Under the pieces are notes generated by a model that worked only from the letters and a program-made list of their open reading frames with translations, had not been told where the DNA came from and made no database searches. This document shows positions 44,644 through 59,874 of a stretch of 64,000 bases of DNA, one piece after another; within the stretch, counting starts at the first letter, position 1; each line of letters opens with the position of its first letter. A program made the position numbers and the translations under genes. The stretch is from assembly GCF_009914755.1 (NCBI RefSeq), contig NC_060947.1, one strand, 5' to 3'. The DNA is from the human T2T-CHM13v2.0 reference genome, Homo sapiens.

Positions 44644-46085
44644 TGGAAATGAAAACACATTCCATGTTCATGAATAGGAAGAATCAGTATTGTAAAAATG
44701 GCCATACTGCCCAAAGCAATTTATAAATTCAATGTTATTCCCATTAAATTACCATTGAGGTTCTTCACAGAATTATAAAAAACTATTTTAAAATTTATAT
44801 GAAACCAAAAAAGACCCCAAACAGCCAAGACTATCATAAGCAAAAGAAAATAAAGCTGGAGACATCATGCTATCTGACTTCAAACTACACTACAAGGCTA
44901 CAGTAACCAAAACAGCACGGTACTGGTACCAAAACAGACATCTAGACCAATGGAACAGAATAGATACCTCAGAAATAAGACCACACATCTACAACTATCT
45001 GATCTTCGACAAACCTGACAAAAACAAGCAATGGAGAAAGGATTCCCTATTTAATAAATGGTGTTGGGAAAACTGGCTAACCATATGCAGAAAAGTGAAG
45101 CTGGACCCCTTCTTTACAATTTATACAAAAATTAAGTCAAGATGGATTAAAGACTTAAATGTAAAACCCCAAACCATAAAAACTCTAGAAGAAAATGTAG
45201 GCAATACCATTCAGGACATAGGCATGGGCAAAGATTTTATGATGAAATCACCAAAAGCAATTGCAATAAAACCTAAAATTGACAAATGGGATCTAATTAA
45301 ACTAAAGAGCTTCTGCACAGCAAAAGAAACTATCTTCAGAGTGAATAGGCCACCTACAGAAAGTGAGAAAATTTTTGCAATCTACCCATGAGGCAAAGGT
45401 ATAATATCCAGAATTTACAAGAAACTTAAACAAATTTACAAGAAAAAACAAACAACCCCATCAAAAAGTGGTTAAAGGACATGAACAGAACAGACATTTG
45501 TCAAAAGAAGACACTTATGCAGCCAAGAAAAATGAATAAAAAGCTCAACATCACTGATTATTAGAGAAATTCAAATCAAAACTACAATGAGATACCATCT
45601 CACTCCAGTCAGAATGGTGACTATCAAAAAGAAAAAAAAAACAGATGCTGGTGAGGCTCCAGAAAAATCAGAATGCTTTTAACCTGTTGGATAAACAAAA
45701 TGTGGTACATATACACCATGGAATACTATGCAACCATAAAAAGGAATGAGATCATGTCGTTTGCAGGGACATGGATGAAGCTGGAAGCCATCATCCTCAG
45801 CAAACTAACACAGGAACAAAAAAACCAAATACTGCATGTTCTCGCTCATAAGTGGGAGCTGAACCATGAGAACACATGGACACAGGGAGGGGAACAACAC
45901 ACACTGGGGCCTGTTGGTTGGGGACCTAGGAGGGAGAGAGCGTCAGGACAAATAGCTAATGCATGGGGGGCTTAATACCTAATACCTAGGTGATGGGTTG
46001 TTAGGTGCAGCAAACAATCATGGCACACATTTACCTATGTAACAAACTTTCACATTCGGCACATGTATCCCAGAAGTTAAATTTT
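44644..46085 (+). mobile_element. 5'-truncated L1PA8-10-like element
   Basis: ORF 44867-45391 is a close ORF2 C-terminal match; 3'UTR TCAGGACAAATAGCTAATGCATG; internal deletion at ~45690. Confidence 0.85.
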
Positions 46086-49000
46086 TTTTTTTTTAAAAGT
46101 AACTCAAAACAGACCGTAGACTTAAATATAAAATGAAAAACTATAATACACCTAGAAGTTAATACAGGAGAAAATCTAGGTAACTTTGGGTTTGGCAATG
46201 ACTTCTTGGATATAACACCAAAACCGTAATTAAAAAAATATTGAGAAATCGATCTTCATAAAAATTGAATCTTCTGCTCTGCAAAGACACTGTTAAGAGA
46301 ATGAAAATACAAGCTGCAGACTGATAAAAATCTTTGAAAAATATATATCTGATAAAGGACTTACATAGAAAATATTTAAAGAACTCTTAAAACCCAGTAA
46401 TAGGAAATCAAACACCCAATTTGAAAATGGCCAAAAGGCCTGAAGAGATACCTCCTCAAAGATGATATATGAATAAAATAATCATATGAAAAGATGTCAA
46501 AAATCATATGGCATGAAAGAATCATAAAATAAAACAACAATGAGATATTAGTACAAACCTATTAGAATGGTGAAAATGTAGAACACTTTCAACAGCAAAT
46601 GCTGGTGAGGATATATCCTATTTTATCCTACTGTAGAGCAATAGGGACACTCAATCATTGTTTGTGGGAATGCAAAATGGTTCACACAAAAGTCTGCACA
46701 TGCATTTTTCTAGTAGCTTTATTAATAATTGCTTAAACTTGGAAGCAACCAAGATGTCTTTTAATAGGTGAATAGAAAATTAAATTATGGTACTTTCATT
46801 CAATGGAATGTAATGTGGAATATCAAGCCACAAAAAGACATGGAAATTTAAATGCATCTTGCTAAGTGAGAGAAGGTACTTTGAAAAAGCTACATGATAT
46901 TAAATATATGTATGATATTAATTATATGACATTCTGGAAAAGGTAAACCTATGGAGATAGTGAAAAGATCAGAGGTAACCAGGGGTTCTGTGGGAAGGAG
47001 AAAATAATAGCTACTTCCTATGATACCGTAATGGTGGATACACATCATTTATACATTTGTCAAAACTCATAGAATACACAACACAAAGAGTGAACCCTAG
47101 TGTGAGTTATGAAGCATCTTTAAAAATAATGTATCAGTATTGAATCAGTTATAACAAATGTACTACACGAATGCAAGATATTAATAAGGGGGAAATTGGC
47201 AGAAGGTGGTAAAGGGTGAGATGGAGGGGTTAGGTGGTACATGATAACTGCACTTTTTGCTCAATTTTTCTGTAAACTTAAAATCCCAAAACAGAAAGCA
47301 AGTCTATTATTTCTTTTTTAAAAGAGGACTCTGGATTTCAGTAGTGTGAGTAGTCGAAGGTTAAATAGTTGAAACAAATAAAGATTAGTCAATATAGCAC
47401 ACAACAAATAGAAAAAATAATCTGAGTCATTAACAAGTAGATCTCAAATCATTTTTATTCATTACTAACTCCTTATTTTACCCCATTCACTAACCCGTAA
47501 TGAGGAAGTTTACAAAAAGTCATAAAAATCAAACTTATAATTTTTCCTTTTAAGTTCAATAATTTATAGATATCCCAAATTATGTAACACTTGGCCTGAT
47601 ACATTTTTACACAAATATTCTTATTTATATAGATCATGGAATATAGTTAAGTTGGTCAATATTCCCTTTTCTCTAATATTCTGGACAATAAGTAAAGTTT
47701 GAGAAGCTATTCTTGCTTCGAAATTATTTAAATTCAACTAAGAGAAAAAATTATAAAACAAATATACATTTGAACTTCTTGGATAATGAAAATTCTTTGA
47801 GAGTTTTAGTGTCCTTTCGCATTCAAGCCTTGTAAATTTATTGTAGTTAAGAACTCCACTCACTAGAAGTCTTGATGTGTTGATGCTATAAAGCCTATAC
47901 TGGATGAATATTTATGATGCTCATCTGCCTAAACTAGTTTAGAGAGAGTCTCACCTGAAGGCAAGGGTTCGACCATAAAGGCTATCAAAACAGCTCAGAA
48001 TCCCAAATCCATATTGTTCCAATACAACAGATATTGATCTGAATTTGTGGTTTTTGTGGGTTAGAGCAGAGGAAGAAACAACATTGTTGTGTCAATTTAA
48101 AAAATAAAAATTTGTTTCGACAGGTCTACTTTCCTTTCATTTATTTCTTTTCCTCCAGACACTTTCTTATTTCCTTTATTGAGTTTGTATGTGTAGCCCA
48201 TGGGATAGAACTCCTTCCATCTGAAACTTCTTTAAAGGAAGACTTCGATGTCTCAGAAGCTCAATTAGATTTAAATTAATTTCTGAAAGTTGCTTGAGCA
48301 TGTCAGAGCTCCCTAAACATCTTTTTAAATGAATTATTTGGTTATTTAAGCCAGGAGACAGAAAACAAAATGAATAGGAAAAAGAATACAACATTCTAAA
48401 AAAGAAATCTAACCTCATAAGATTACAAATAGTTTTTAGTGTCAATTCTTTATAAAAATTTGATATGAATCTCATATTATGCTTCTAACCTATGGCAGAA
48501 ATGACAGGAACTTTTGTCTGTCTACTTGGAATCACATTGATTGTATTTATAATCTGTTATCATATGGTTTTAACCTTTGTATAATGCCATGACATAGTTA
48601 TATCCACAAGAACTTATTATAAATTGCAATTCCTACTAGCTATCTAGAATTGCTAAAGAAGTGTGTTTTGTTTCTTTGATTATACTTAGTTTATACATTA
48701 CTCTTTATTTAGCACTAATTCTTTCAAGACAGAAAAATCACATGTTGTCTCAGTAATGTAATGCCAGATGATAAGTATACATTGCATCTAACTCTGATTT
48801 CTCTTCTAGAACTGAAACCAGTCTGTTCTTCATACAGTTTTTCCATCCAGATTTGTCAGTTTTTTAAAGAAAAAGAATGCCACATACAAAATTTATATTT
48901 TAAAAGGATGGCTGGAATTTTATATGGTTTTAGACTTCAAGCAAAAAATTTCCTTTTAAACTGATTATAATCCAATACTGATTTCCCTTTATTCAAAGAC

Positions 49001-49422
49001 ATGGATTATTTTTCAACCTTTCCTAAAGATAACATTAACAACAGTAGCAAAAGATAAATACACATACACACACAATAATTTTTGTTTTGTGTTGTGTTTC
49101 CTCTATTCATTAATAAGATATATACTTCATTTCCATATATTTACAATTCTTTTTTCAATAAATTCACTTATTAGGGGGAAAATAAGTTAAAACATACAAA
49201 AATCCCAAGGGAATTGACACATTTCATAGATAAAATAAATATAAAAATGTAAAAAATATGGTATAGAGAGCTCATCACAATAAAGCAAAAATTTAAAAAT
49301 AGGTAGCACTTAATTGAAAAATAAATAAATTGGAAGCTGAAATAATGACTAGACACAGAAATATAGTAAGTAATGTTGGGTATCTTAACTAGCCCTGTGG
49401 CTCCAGACTTAGTTGGTTTCTT

Positions 49423-51504
<2,082 letters not shown>

Positions 51505-51547
51505 TTATTTAAAAAAAAATTCCATTTAGATCCTCTCGGACCATACA

Positions 51548-51645
51548 TTCATATATTGTCTGTTCAATTTAACAAGTATTTTTGAATATTCACTGTTCTG
51601 CAGATTCTGTGCTAGATAACAGAAACAAAAAGGCAAATTAGTATG
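51548..51645 (-). mobile_element. L2 3' end
   Basis: TTCAATTTAACAAGTATTTTTGAATATTCACTG...TTCTGTGCTAGA. Confidence 0.55.
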
Positions 51646-51694
51646 TTAAAAAGTAAGAGGAGGCAGAATTAATACATTATTGTCAATATCTCCG

Positions 51695-51870
51695 TAATCG
51701 TGTGCTTTTCATTCATTTTCATGTTTCATCTTCACAATCTTATAAGGTAGTTATATTTATTAAGTCTGTTTTACAGATGAGGATGCTGAAACTTAGAGAA
51801 ATCAATAAAATTGTCAAGGTAACAAATAGCCTAAAACTCGATCAGTATGAATCCATGTTTAATTTGACTG
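51695..51870 (-). mobile_element. MIR SINE
   Basis: Core TTTTACAGATGAGGATGCTGAAACTTAGAGA...GTCAAGGTAACA. Confidence 0.75.
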
Positions 51871-53334
51871 AGTATAGTGCCTAGCACATGAAGAATGTTC
51901 TCTAAGTCTTAACATTTTTATCATGTTTATTATTATTACTATTGTTGTTTTGTCATATAAATATTATAACATTGTTATGCCTTTATAACAATAAATAATG
52001 TACATATAGATTTCTGCACAATATGCCGTGGTACAATATTGATTTCTGATTTTTACTACTCATCTATAAATTACTAAAGAGACCTACAGAGTAAAATATT
52101 AAAATAAAACCTGAAATATTTCATAGACTGCATGGGACCTAAAATCTGGTAGAAAGTAACAATTATGTTAGTCTACTACCCAGCTTGGAAAGTTTAAAAA
52201 AGTATTATCAGTATTGCCAATATTAATCTCATTTTATAATTTGAAATTACAAGGTATTTTGATACTCTGTAGCTTTCCTTTACACTTAGAAAAGTGTAAA
52301 GACAAAGGCTAGTATAATCAGTATGCCAGTTTATTAAGTTCTGAGGGTTTATTTGCACACTTATTGAAAATTAAAACAAAGACACATTATAACGGTAACA
52401 CAAAGTATAAGGTAAACTGCTCTCTATTTAAATCTTAGAGACCTTATATATTGTATTAGTAGAATAATAGGGAAAGTAACAAATGTGTTTATGTAAAGTA
52501 GAAAATTATTGATAGAAGACAAAAGTTAGTATTTGTAGAGAAAAAGTACTGAAAAACAATTCACTGTTTAGATTTTATGATGAAATTATCATTATTATTA
52601 TTTCAACTTGGAGAATTTCACATGCATACTATTGCTTCAATGGTTCTATATATTTCCTCATTGCTGACATATTTCTGAGTTTCATTCCATCTTATTAAGG
52701 GGAATTTGGAAATTTAATCCTTTTGACCTTTAAGAGTGCTCTTAACCAACTTTTGAAGGCCACTTGTTCATTAATGATAAACTCTCCTACATCAAGGTAC
52801 AGAATAAGAAATCATTGGCATTGACAACACTGCACTGAGTCATTTGAAATGATTGCCTTCCAGTTCAACTAGTATGATTAATTAACCCATCACCAAGCTC
52901 AGCTTTCTGATGAAGAAAAGTAGCTGTGTAGCACTGAATCTCAAGGAGAACTTGAAATTTGCAAGGATCTTGAACTGAAATTTCTTCTCAGATAAGTGGC
53001 TCAATTGAATTTCAATGAATGGGAAATCAAAGCTTTCTAGAATTTTTAATTTCTGAAAGTACAATTTTCTTTTTAAAATATTTTCCTTTTAAGTATTATA
53101 AGTGTGTATAAGATCATATACTTTGAAACCCTTAAACATCAAATTACCAAACATAGAATAAAATTAGTTGCTTTATATTTAATCAACTTTATTGATGAAG
53201 ATTACTTATACCTTTATTAGTAATTGTGACTTATTCTTACTTGTAGTTTACCACATTAAAATAATAGAAATGATATGTTTAAAAGGTGTACAATATTAGG
53301 GTGTGCTCTTGTTATATTATTAAACATTAGTCTG

Positions 53335-53490
53335 AAAAGCAATGCATAGAACTTATCTGGGGACTTGCTGACGATACAAATATGTTGATGCCGCCCCAAG
53401 AGATTTTAATTCAGCCAGAGTCAGGTAGAACCATGAAGTTTGTTTTGAAAATCATATCAGGGAATTCTAAATAATAGCCAGATTTATAAG
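53335..53490. mobile_element. MER5-like hAT relic
   Basis: ATCTGGGGACTTGCT...CCCCAAGAGATTTTAATTCAG...GGGAATTCTAA weak similarity. Confidence 0.45.
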
Positions 53491-53791
53491 CATAAGGAAC
53501 TTTAATGATGGGTTATGTATTTTTTGAACAATGTCGTATTCTGATGTAAGATCTATTTTCATATATTGTCTATACTTTTAATAAAAATTTATTGAAACTT
53601 CAATAATTTGTCTTAGAAGTAGCATCTGATTTTGCAATTATAATTGAAGTAACACTAACATTGCAACATTTCTAGGGAAGTTACTAAGTCAACACCATGA
53701 TGCTTCATCTATTTGTAAAGCAAATACCTTATTTAAAGCATTTCATACTATGAGTCTTTTAAAACTTAGTTTAAATGCAAGAACAAAAATA

Positions 53792-54410
53792 TATTGTGGA
53801 AGACAGTGTGGAAATTCCTCAAAGACCTAAAAACAGATGTACCATTCAACCCAGAAATTCCATTACTTGGGTATGTATTCCATATACCCAAGGTAATGTA
53901 AATCATTCTATTATAAAGACACACGCATGCCTATGTTCATGGCAGACTATTTACAATAGAAAAGACATGGAATCAATCTAAATGTTCATCAATCATAAAT
54001 TGGATAAAGAAAATGTGATACATACACACCATGGAATACTATACAGCCATAAAAAGAATGAGATTATGTACTTTTCAGGGACATGAACGGAGTTAAAGGC
54101 CATTATTCTTAGCAAACTAACACAGGAACAGGAAACCAAATACTGCATGTTTTAACTTATAAGTGGGAGCTGAATGATGAGATCACATGGACACATACAG
54201 GTGGAAAACACACACTGGTGCCTATCAGAGGGTGGAGGGTGAGAGGAGAGAGAGGTTCAGGAAAAAATAACTAATGAGTAATGGGTTTAATACCTGGGTG
54301 ATGAAATACTCTGTACAACATCCTCCCATGACACAAGTTTACCTATGTAAGAACCCTGCATATGTACCCATAAACTTAAAAGTTAAAAAACTAACTAAAT
54401 AAATAAATAA
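53792..54410 (+). mobile_element. L1PA11/12-like 3' fragment
   Basis: TTGTGGAAGACAGTGTGG start, L1PA 3'UTR, A-rich tail. Confidence 0.85.
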
Positions 54411-55724
54411 TAAATTCTACATTGTATGAAGACAATATTCTCTCTAACACAGTACCTCTCTTATATTTCATCCAAAAGTCATCTAATGTGAGAATATAGC
54501 AGCTGTATCTATAGTATAAACCATATTGAAACAGCAGGTCCAATAGTACATAATTTCGCTTAGCAACATAGGGTTGAAGATTTCCATTAAAAATATTATT
54601 AGGTATAAACATGCAGTTTGAAGAAATGAGACCCAGTGTCTGGCCAATTAAACATGTGTCAAAGAGTGGTGAAAAACAATTATACACTTCCCTGAAGAAT
54701 CTAAGCTAGCAAGAATAAAAAGAAGGACATATCACAATTTATCTTCATAACTCATGATATCTATGGACAATATCTTCCTTTTCCTAAGTTTCTTGTGCTC
54801 TAATTTTATTCCATCTTCCTCTCTTTGTTCAGTCTTCAGAACAAGTAATATATGATCAGCAGAATTTATATTTTTCAAGCTATTTATTGGAGTTGTGTCC
54901 ACTGGATATTAATTAGTGAACTGAATAAAAATAAAATGAACATGATTTCTTTTCTTTATTTTTGATATTATGTAAATATGTATTTAAGTGACTATTTCAT
55001 TTTTCAACACATTGTTTTAACACCATGGAATTTATTTTGACACACATAAAAGTTAGATGAGCTAAATAATATGGATGGGGTCCCTGAGGGATTGTCAAAT
55101 TGATCAGATAAGGATCATTTGTAATCGACATATTAATTTTTTGCATGAAAGTAGGTAGTGACAAAATGCTGAAGCCACCTAAGGAGGTAAAGTTTGCTTA
55201 CTAAAGGATTAATTGTATGATTAAGTGTTTAAAGGAGGAAACTAACAATGATCCATAATTGTAGTACTAGATACTTTCTCACATAAGTAATGCTGAAAAG
55301 AGTAGGCTCTATTAATAACATTTTAGTGTGGCTTTGAATGGCCATGGTACACACTAAATGCCACATAATCATTAAGTGAAAGAGCCCAGTTTTAGGTTCT
55401 ATTTGATGTCAGAGTCTGTGCTGTTTTCACAGATGTTTGGAAGTTTTCTTTTTCACCTGTTGTCAGACTTTATTTTTTAACATCTAGAAAATCCCAAACT
55501 TTAACTTTTGAGGGTCCAAATTAGCATTCACCTATGACAGTTGTTGACACATAAGTGATGATCAAAAATAAATATTTGCTAAAATGAAATGAATTTATTA
55601 AATTATGCAACTATTATACGCAAGCATGCATTTAGTAGTCATGCCCACTTTAGAAACTCTAAAATTTAGTAATCATCTCCATGGTAAAGCTTGTACATTG
55701 CCCATTTTTTTTTGTAAAATAATT

Positions 55725-55872
55725 ATAATGGTTAAGAGCATGGGCTCTGTGGTCAACATAGCAGATATAAAAGTTTGATTCTGTCTCTTACTAGCTCTGT
55801 AACTTGAACAAGCAATTTAACCTTTTGTGTTTAATTTCCTCAACTTTGAAATGCTGTAATAATAAAACTTAC
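55725..55872 (+). mobile_element. MIR SINE
   Basis: GGTTAAGAGCATGGGCTCTG...TTACTAGCTCTGTAACTTGAACAAG...TTTCCTCA. Confidence 0.75.
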
Positions 55873-56199
55873 TGTTGATTTATTGTTCTTTTCTCCTATC
55901 TGGGCAGGCCAGACTCTAGGAAATGATTAAATGAGTAACAAACTCACCTAAACCACAGGCTTAAATGACCCTATAAAAAGGCAAGAGGAGATTGAGCATC
56001 TGCCTTTTCTCAGTCCTTGGCTTCATTTCTGGAGTTATATCAACTGGTTGGTAGAACAGGTGAGGCAATGTGACTATATAACTATCAGTTTTTAAACATA
56101 CACTCTTTTGACCAGGGTTGTGATTGGGGGCAGCAATAAGTCTGCAGTTCCTTAGATGTCTTCTAGAGTGTGGCAAGAGAGCAAGGAACAAGGGGTCAA

Positions 56200-56560
56200 G
56201 AAACAATTCCTGGATATTTAGATAAGTTTTGAGTAAACGGTATCTTTAAGCTAGACAAAAAAGAAGAAAAACACATTTCAAGTAAGGGGGATATGATATG
56301 TAAAAATATGTAGTCATAAGCCAGCACAATAACACTTTTGAGGAAGTGCAAGTAACTATGAGTGGATAGGGCAAAAATTATAATATGAAGGAGTTGAAGG
56401 TAGAGAGAGGTGTAAGGACCAGACCACTAAGGGTTTTGATGTCAAACTGAGGAATTTATTCTTTGTACTTAAAGTGACTGGAACAGAGCCAGAGTAGAGC
56501 CAGACAGACCATTTAAGAAACAATTATGAAAGGGCAAAATATGATGGACACAGTGAAAAA
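56200..56560 (-). mobile_element. L2 relic
   Basis: GGACCAGACCACTAAGGGTTTTGATGTCAAACTGAGGAATTTATTCTTTG; boundaries approximate. Confidence 0.55.
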
Positions 56561-56594
56561 TATCATTATTTATGTTTATGTATTTGAATGTTTC

Positions 56595-56745
56595 TAAGGA
56601 AAATGGAGAAAAAGAATGGAAGAAGACACCAGACTGTCAATGTTAGTTAATTCTAAGAAATAGAGTTCATGGGGAGAGGGATATAATTTGTGTTATTTGA
56701 TTTGTTACAGCAGGCATGTTTTACTTTTCTAAATTTTATTTAAAA
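56595..56745 (+). mobile_element. Possible L1ME 3' end relic
   Basis: GGAAGAAGACACCAGACTGTCAATGTTAGTTA...GCATGTTTTACTTTT. Confidence 0.4.
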
Positions 56746-57707
56746 GTCATTAAAAGTCCATTTATTAATTTTGCTGCTTAAAAATATGTACGTTATCTCA
56801 CACTGAATTTGTACATATACCAAATGGAAGGCATTGCATACTTCAACACTTCCAGAAATAAAGACTAGAATTCTTTGTTTAAAAAAAAAGAAAAATTTAT
56901 TTTAAATTTAAAGGCTGGTTACTGAAATTATATACATAATAGGTAGTATCAGAGAATAATTTCAATCACATCTGTTTGGTTTGAATAAAATCTGGATGTT
57001 ATAAAGCATATATTTTCCTGTTTCCACTTCTTCTGTCATTCTAGAGAAATACCTTACAAAGAAAACAATATCATTCAAAACTTAACATCTCTGATATTTT
57101 AAAACGGAACAAACTACAAATAGAGACTACCCACTTTAAGCAGAAACTAGATGCCTTAAAATAAGCTATTCATAACCATGAATATATATTGGATAAACAT
57201 GATATATGCAACAAATAGACAGAATATTGTCTTCTTTCATATGCATAAAATTAACAAGATTCTTAAAGGCAAAGATTCAAAAAATGCTACAGTTAGATAA
57301 AATATACATTAATCCATGTGCTTCGATATCTCTTCTTTATATGAATTACATTAATCATTTAAAACAAAAGGGCTCAGATTTTTAGAGAATCAAGTATTAA
57401 AAATGCATTCGCTTATCAAATTTAAAATGAATAATTGCTTTTGTTCTTAAGGAAGATAAATTAACCCGTATGAGAGAATTAAAAACAGGATAATAATATA
57501 TTATACTTATCATTTATCCAGATTTCTATCACTAATATCCCATTCCTATTTCAAATATGTACGTGATTGGCATGCTTGTTATATTTCAAAGTAACAAAAA
57601 AGTGAGGAAAAACCTCTTTAGATAGTGTTAAGAGCAGAAGCACCATTTTGTTCTATTTTCTTATAAAAATAGATGAAATTGTATCTTCATGCACAAATGA
57701 CTCAATA

Positions 57708-58421
57708 ATTTTTTTAAGTTTTATAAATTTTTATTTTTTAAAATTTAGGGGGTACACAATAGGTGTATATGCTTATGTGGTGTATAAGATATTTTGATAC
57801 AGGCATGCAATATGAAATAAGCACATCATGGAAAATAGGATATCCATCCCCTCAAACATTTTTCCTTTGAAATATAAACAATCAAATTACATTCTTTAAG
57901 TTATTTAAAACTATAATTAAATTATTGACTATACTTACCCCATTGTGCTATCCAACAATAGGTCTTATTTATTGTTTCTATATTTTTTTACCCATTAAGC
58001 AGCTCTCTCCCAACCCCTAACTATGGTAACCAGTCTCTGGTAACCATCTGTATACTCTCTATGTCCATGAGATCAATTGACTTGATTTTTGGATCCCACA
58101 AATAAGGGAGAACATGTGATGTTTGTCTTTCTGTGCCTGGCTTATCTCACGTAAGATAATGTCTCCAGTTCCATCCATGTTGTTTCAAATGACTGGATCT
58201 CATTCCTTTTTGTGGCTGAATAGTACTCCAGTGTGTATATGTACTACATTTTCTTTATTCATCTGTTAATGGACACCTAGGTTGCTTCCAAATTATAGCT
58301 ATTGTAGACAGTGCTGCAACAAATGAGTCTAGATATCTGTTCCATATACAGATTTCCTTTCTTTTGGGTATAAACCCAGCAGTGGGATAGCTGGATCATA
58401 TGGTAGCTCAATTTCTAGTTT
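57708..58421 (-). mobile_element. L1MA1-like 3' end, interrupted by L1PB1
   Basis: GGCATGCAATATGAAATAAGCACATCATGG...TATCCATCCCCTCAA 3'UTR. Confidence 0.8.
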
Positions 58422-58727
58422 CGTTATTGAATATTTTATATTCCCATAGTTTATTGGGAAACAAGTAGTGTTTGGTTACATGAGTAAGTTCTTTGGCGGT
58501 GATTTGTGAGATTTTGGTGCAACCATCTCCTAAGCAGTATACACTGTACCCTATTTGTAGTCTTTTATCCCTCACCCCCTTTCCACTCTTTCCCCATGAG
58601 TCCTCAAAGTCCATTGTATCATTCTTATGCCTTTGTGTCCTCATAGCTTAGTTCCCACATATCAGTTAGAACATACAATGTTTGGGTTTGCATTCCTGAG
58701 TTACTTCACTTAAAATAATAATCTCCA

Positions 58728-58981
58728 GGCTGGGCATGGTGGCTCACACCTGTAATCCCAGCACTTCAGAAGGCCAAGGCGGGCAGATCACGAGGTCAAG
58801 AGATCGAGACCATCCTGGCCAACATGGTGAAACCCTGTCTCTACTAAATATACAAAAATTAGCTGGGCGTGGTGGCACGTGCCTGTAGTCCTAGATACTC
58901 GGGAGGCTGAGGCAGGTGAATCGCTTGAACCCGGGAGGGGGAAGTTGCAGTGATGCAGTGAGCTGAGATCGTGCCACTGCA
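58728..58981 (+). mobile_element. AluSc lacking its 3' end and tail
   Basis: GATCACGAGGTCAAGAGATCGAGACCATCCTGGCCAACATGG AluSc diagnostics; fuses to L1 at CTGCA. Confidence 0.9.
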
Positions 58982-59025
58982 AATGCCATTAATTTATTTC
59001 TCTTCATGACTGAGTAGTATGCCAT

Positions 59026-59125
59026 CATATATATATACATATATATATGTGTATATATATATGTGTATATATATGTGTATATATATATATATACACATAT
59101 ATATATACACATATATATATATACA
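59026..59125. repeat. (TA)n/(CA)/(TG) microsatellite, copy 1
   Basis: Directly visible, ~100 bp. Confidence 0.95.
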
Positions 59126-59609
59126 CCACAGTTTCTTTATCCACTTGTTTATTGATGTGCATTTGGGTTGGTTCCATGTTTTTGCAATTGTGAATTGTGC
59201 TGCTATAAACACACGTTTGCAAGTATCTTTTCCATAAAATGACCTATTTTCCTCTGGGTAGACACTCAGTAGTGGGATTGCTGGATCAAATATAAGTTCT
59301 ACTTTTAGTTCTTTAAAGAATCTCCACACTTTTTTTTCACAGTTGTACTAGTTTACATTCCCACCAGCAGTGTAGAAGTGTTGCCTGTTCACTGCATCCA
59401 CACCAACATCTACTGGTTTTTTTTGATTTTTTGATACAAAAATTAGCTGGGCGTGGTGGCACATGCCTGTAGTCCTAGATACTCGGGAGGCTGAGGCAGG
59501 TGAATCACTTGAACCCGGGAGGGGGAGGTTGCAGTGATGCAGTGAGCCGAGATCGTGCCACTGCAAATGCCATTAATTTATTTCTTTTCATGACTGAGTA
59601 GTATTCCAT

Positions 59610-59874
59610 CATATATATATATATATATATATACACACGTATATATACACACATGTATATATATATACACGTATATATATATACATGTATATATATACAC
59701 GTATATATATATACGTGTATATATATACGTGTGTATATATACGTATATATATACGTGTGTGTATATATACGTGTATATATACACACGTATATATATATAC
59801 ACACACACATATATATACATACATATATATATACACACACACACACATATATATATACGTATATATATATATAC
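59610..59874. repeat. (TA)n/(CA)/(CG)/(TG) microsatellite, copy 2
   Basis: Directly visible, ~265 bp alternating purine-pyrimidine. Confidence 0.95.

Noticed and set aside
59636-59860. Repeated TACGTG/CACGTA as a hypoxia-response-element array
   Set aside because: Expected by-product of CG variants within a TA/CA repeat; no functional support from sequence alone.
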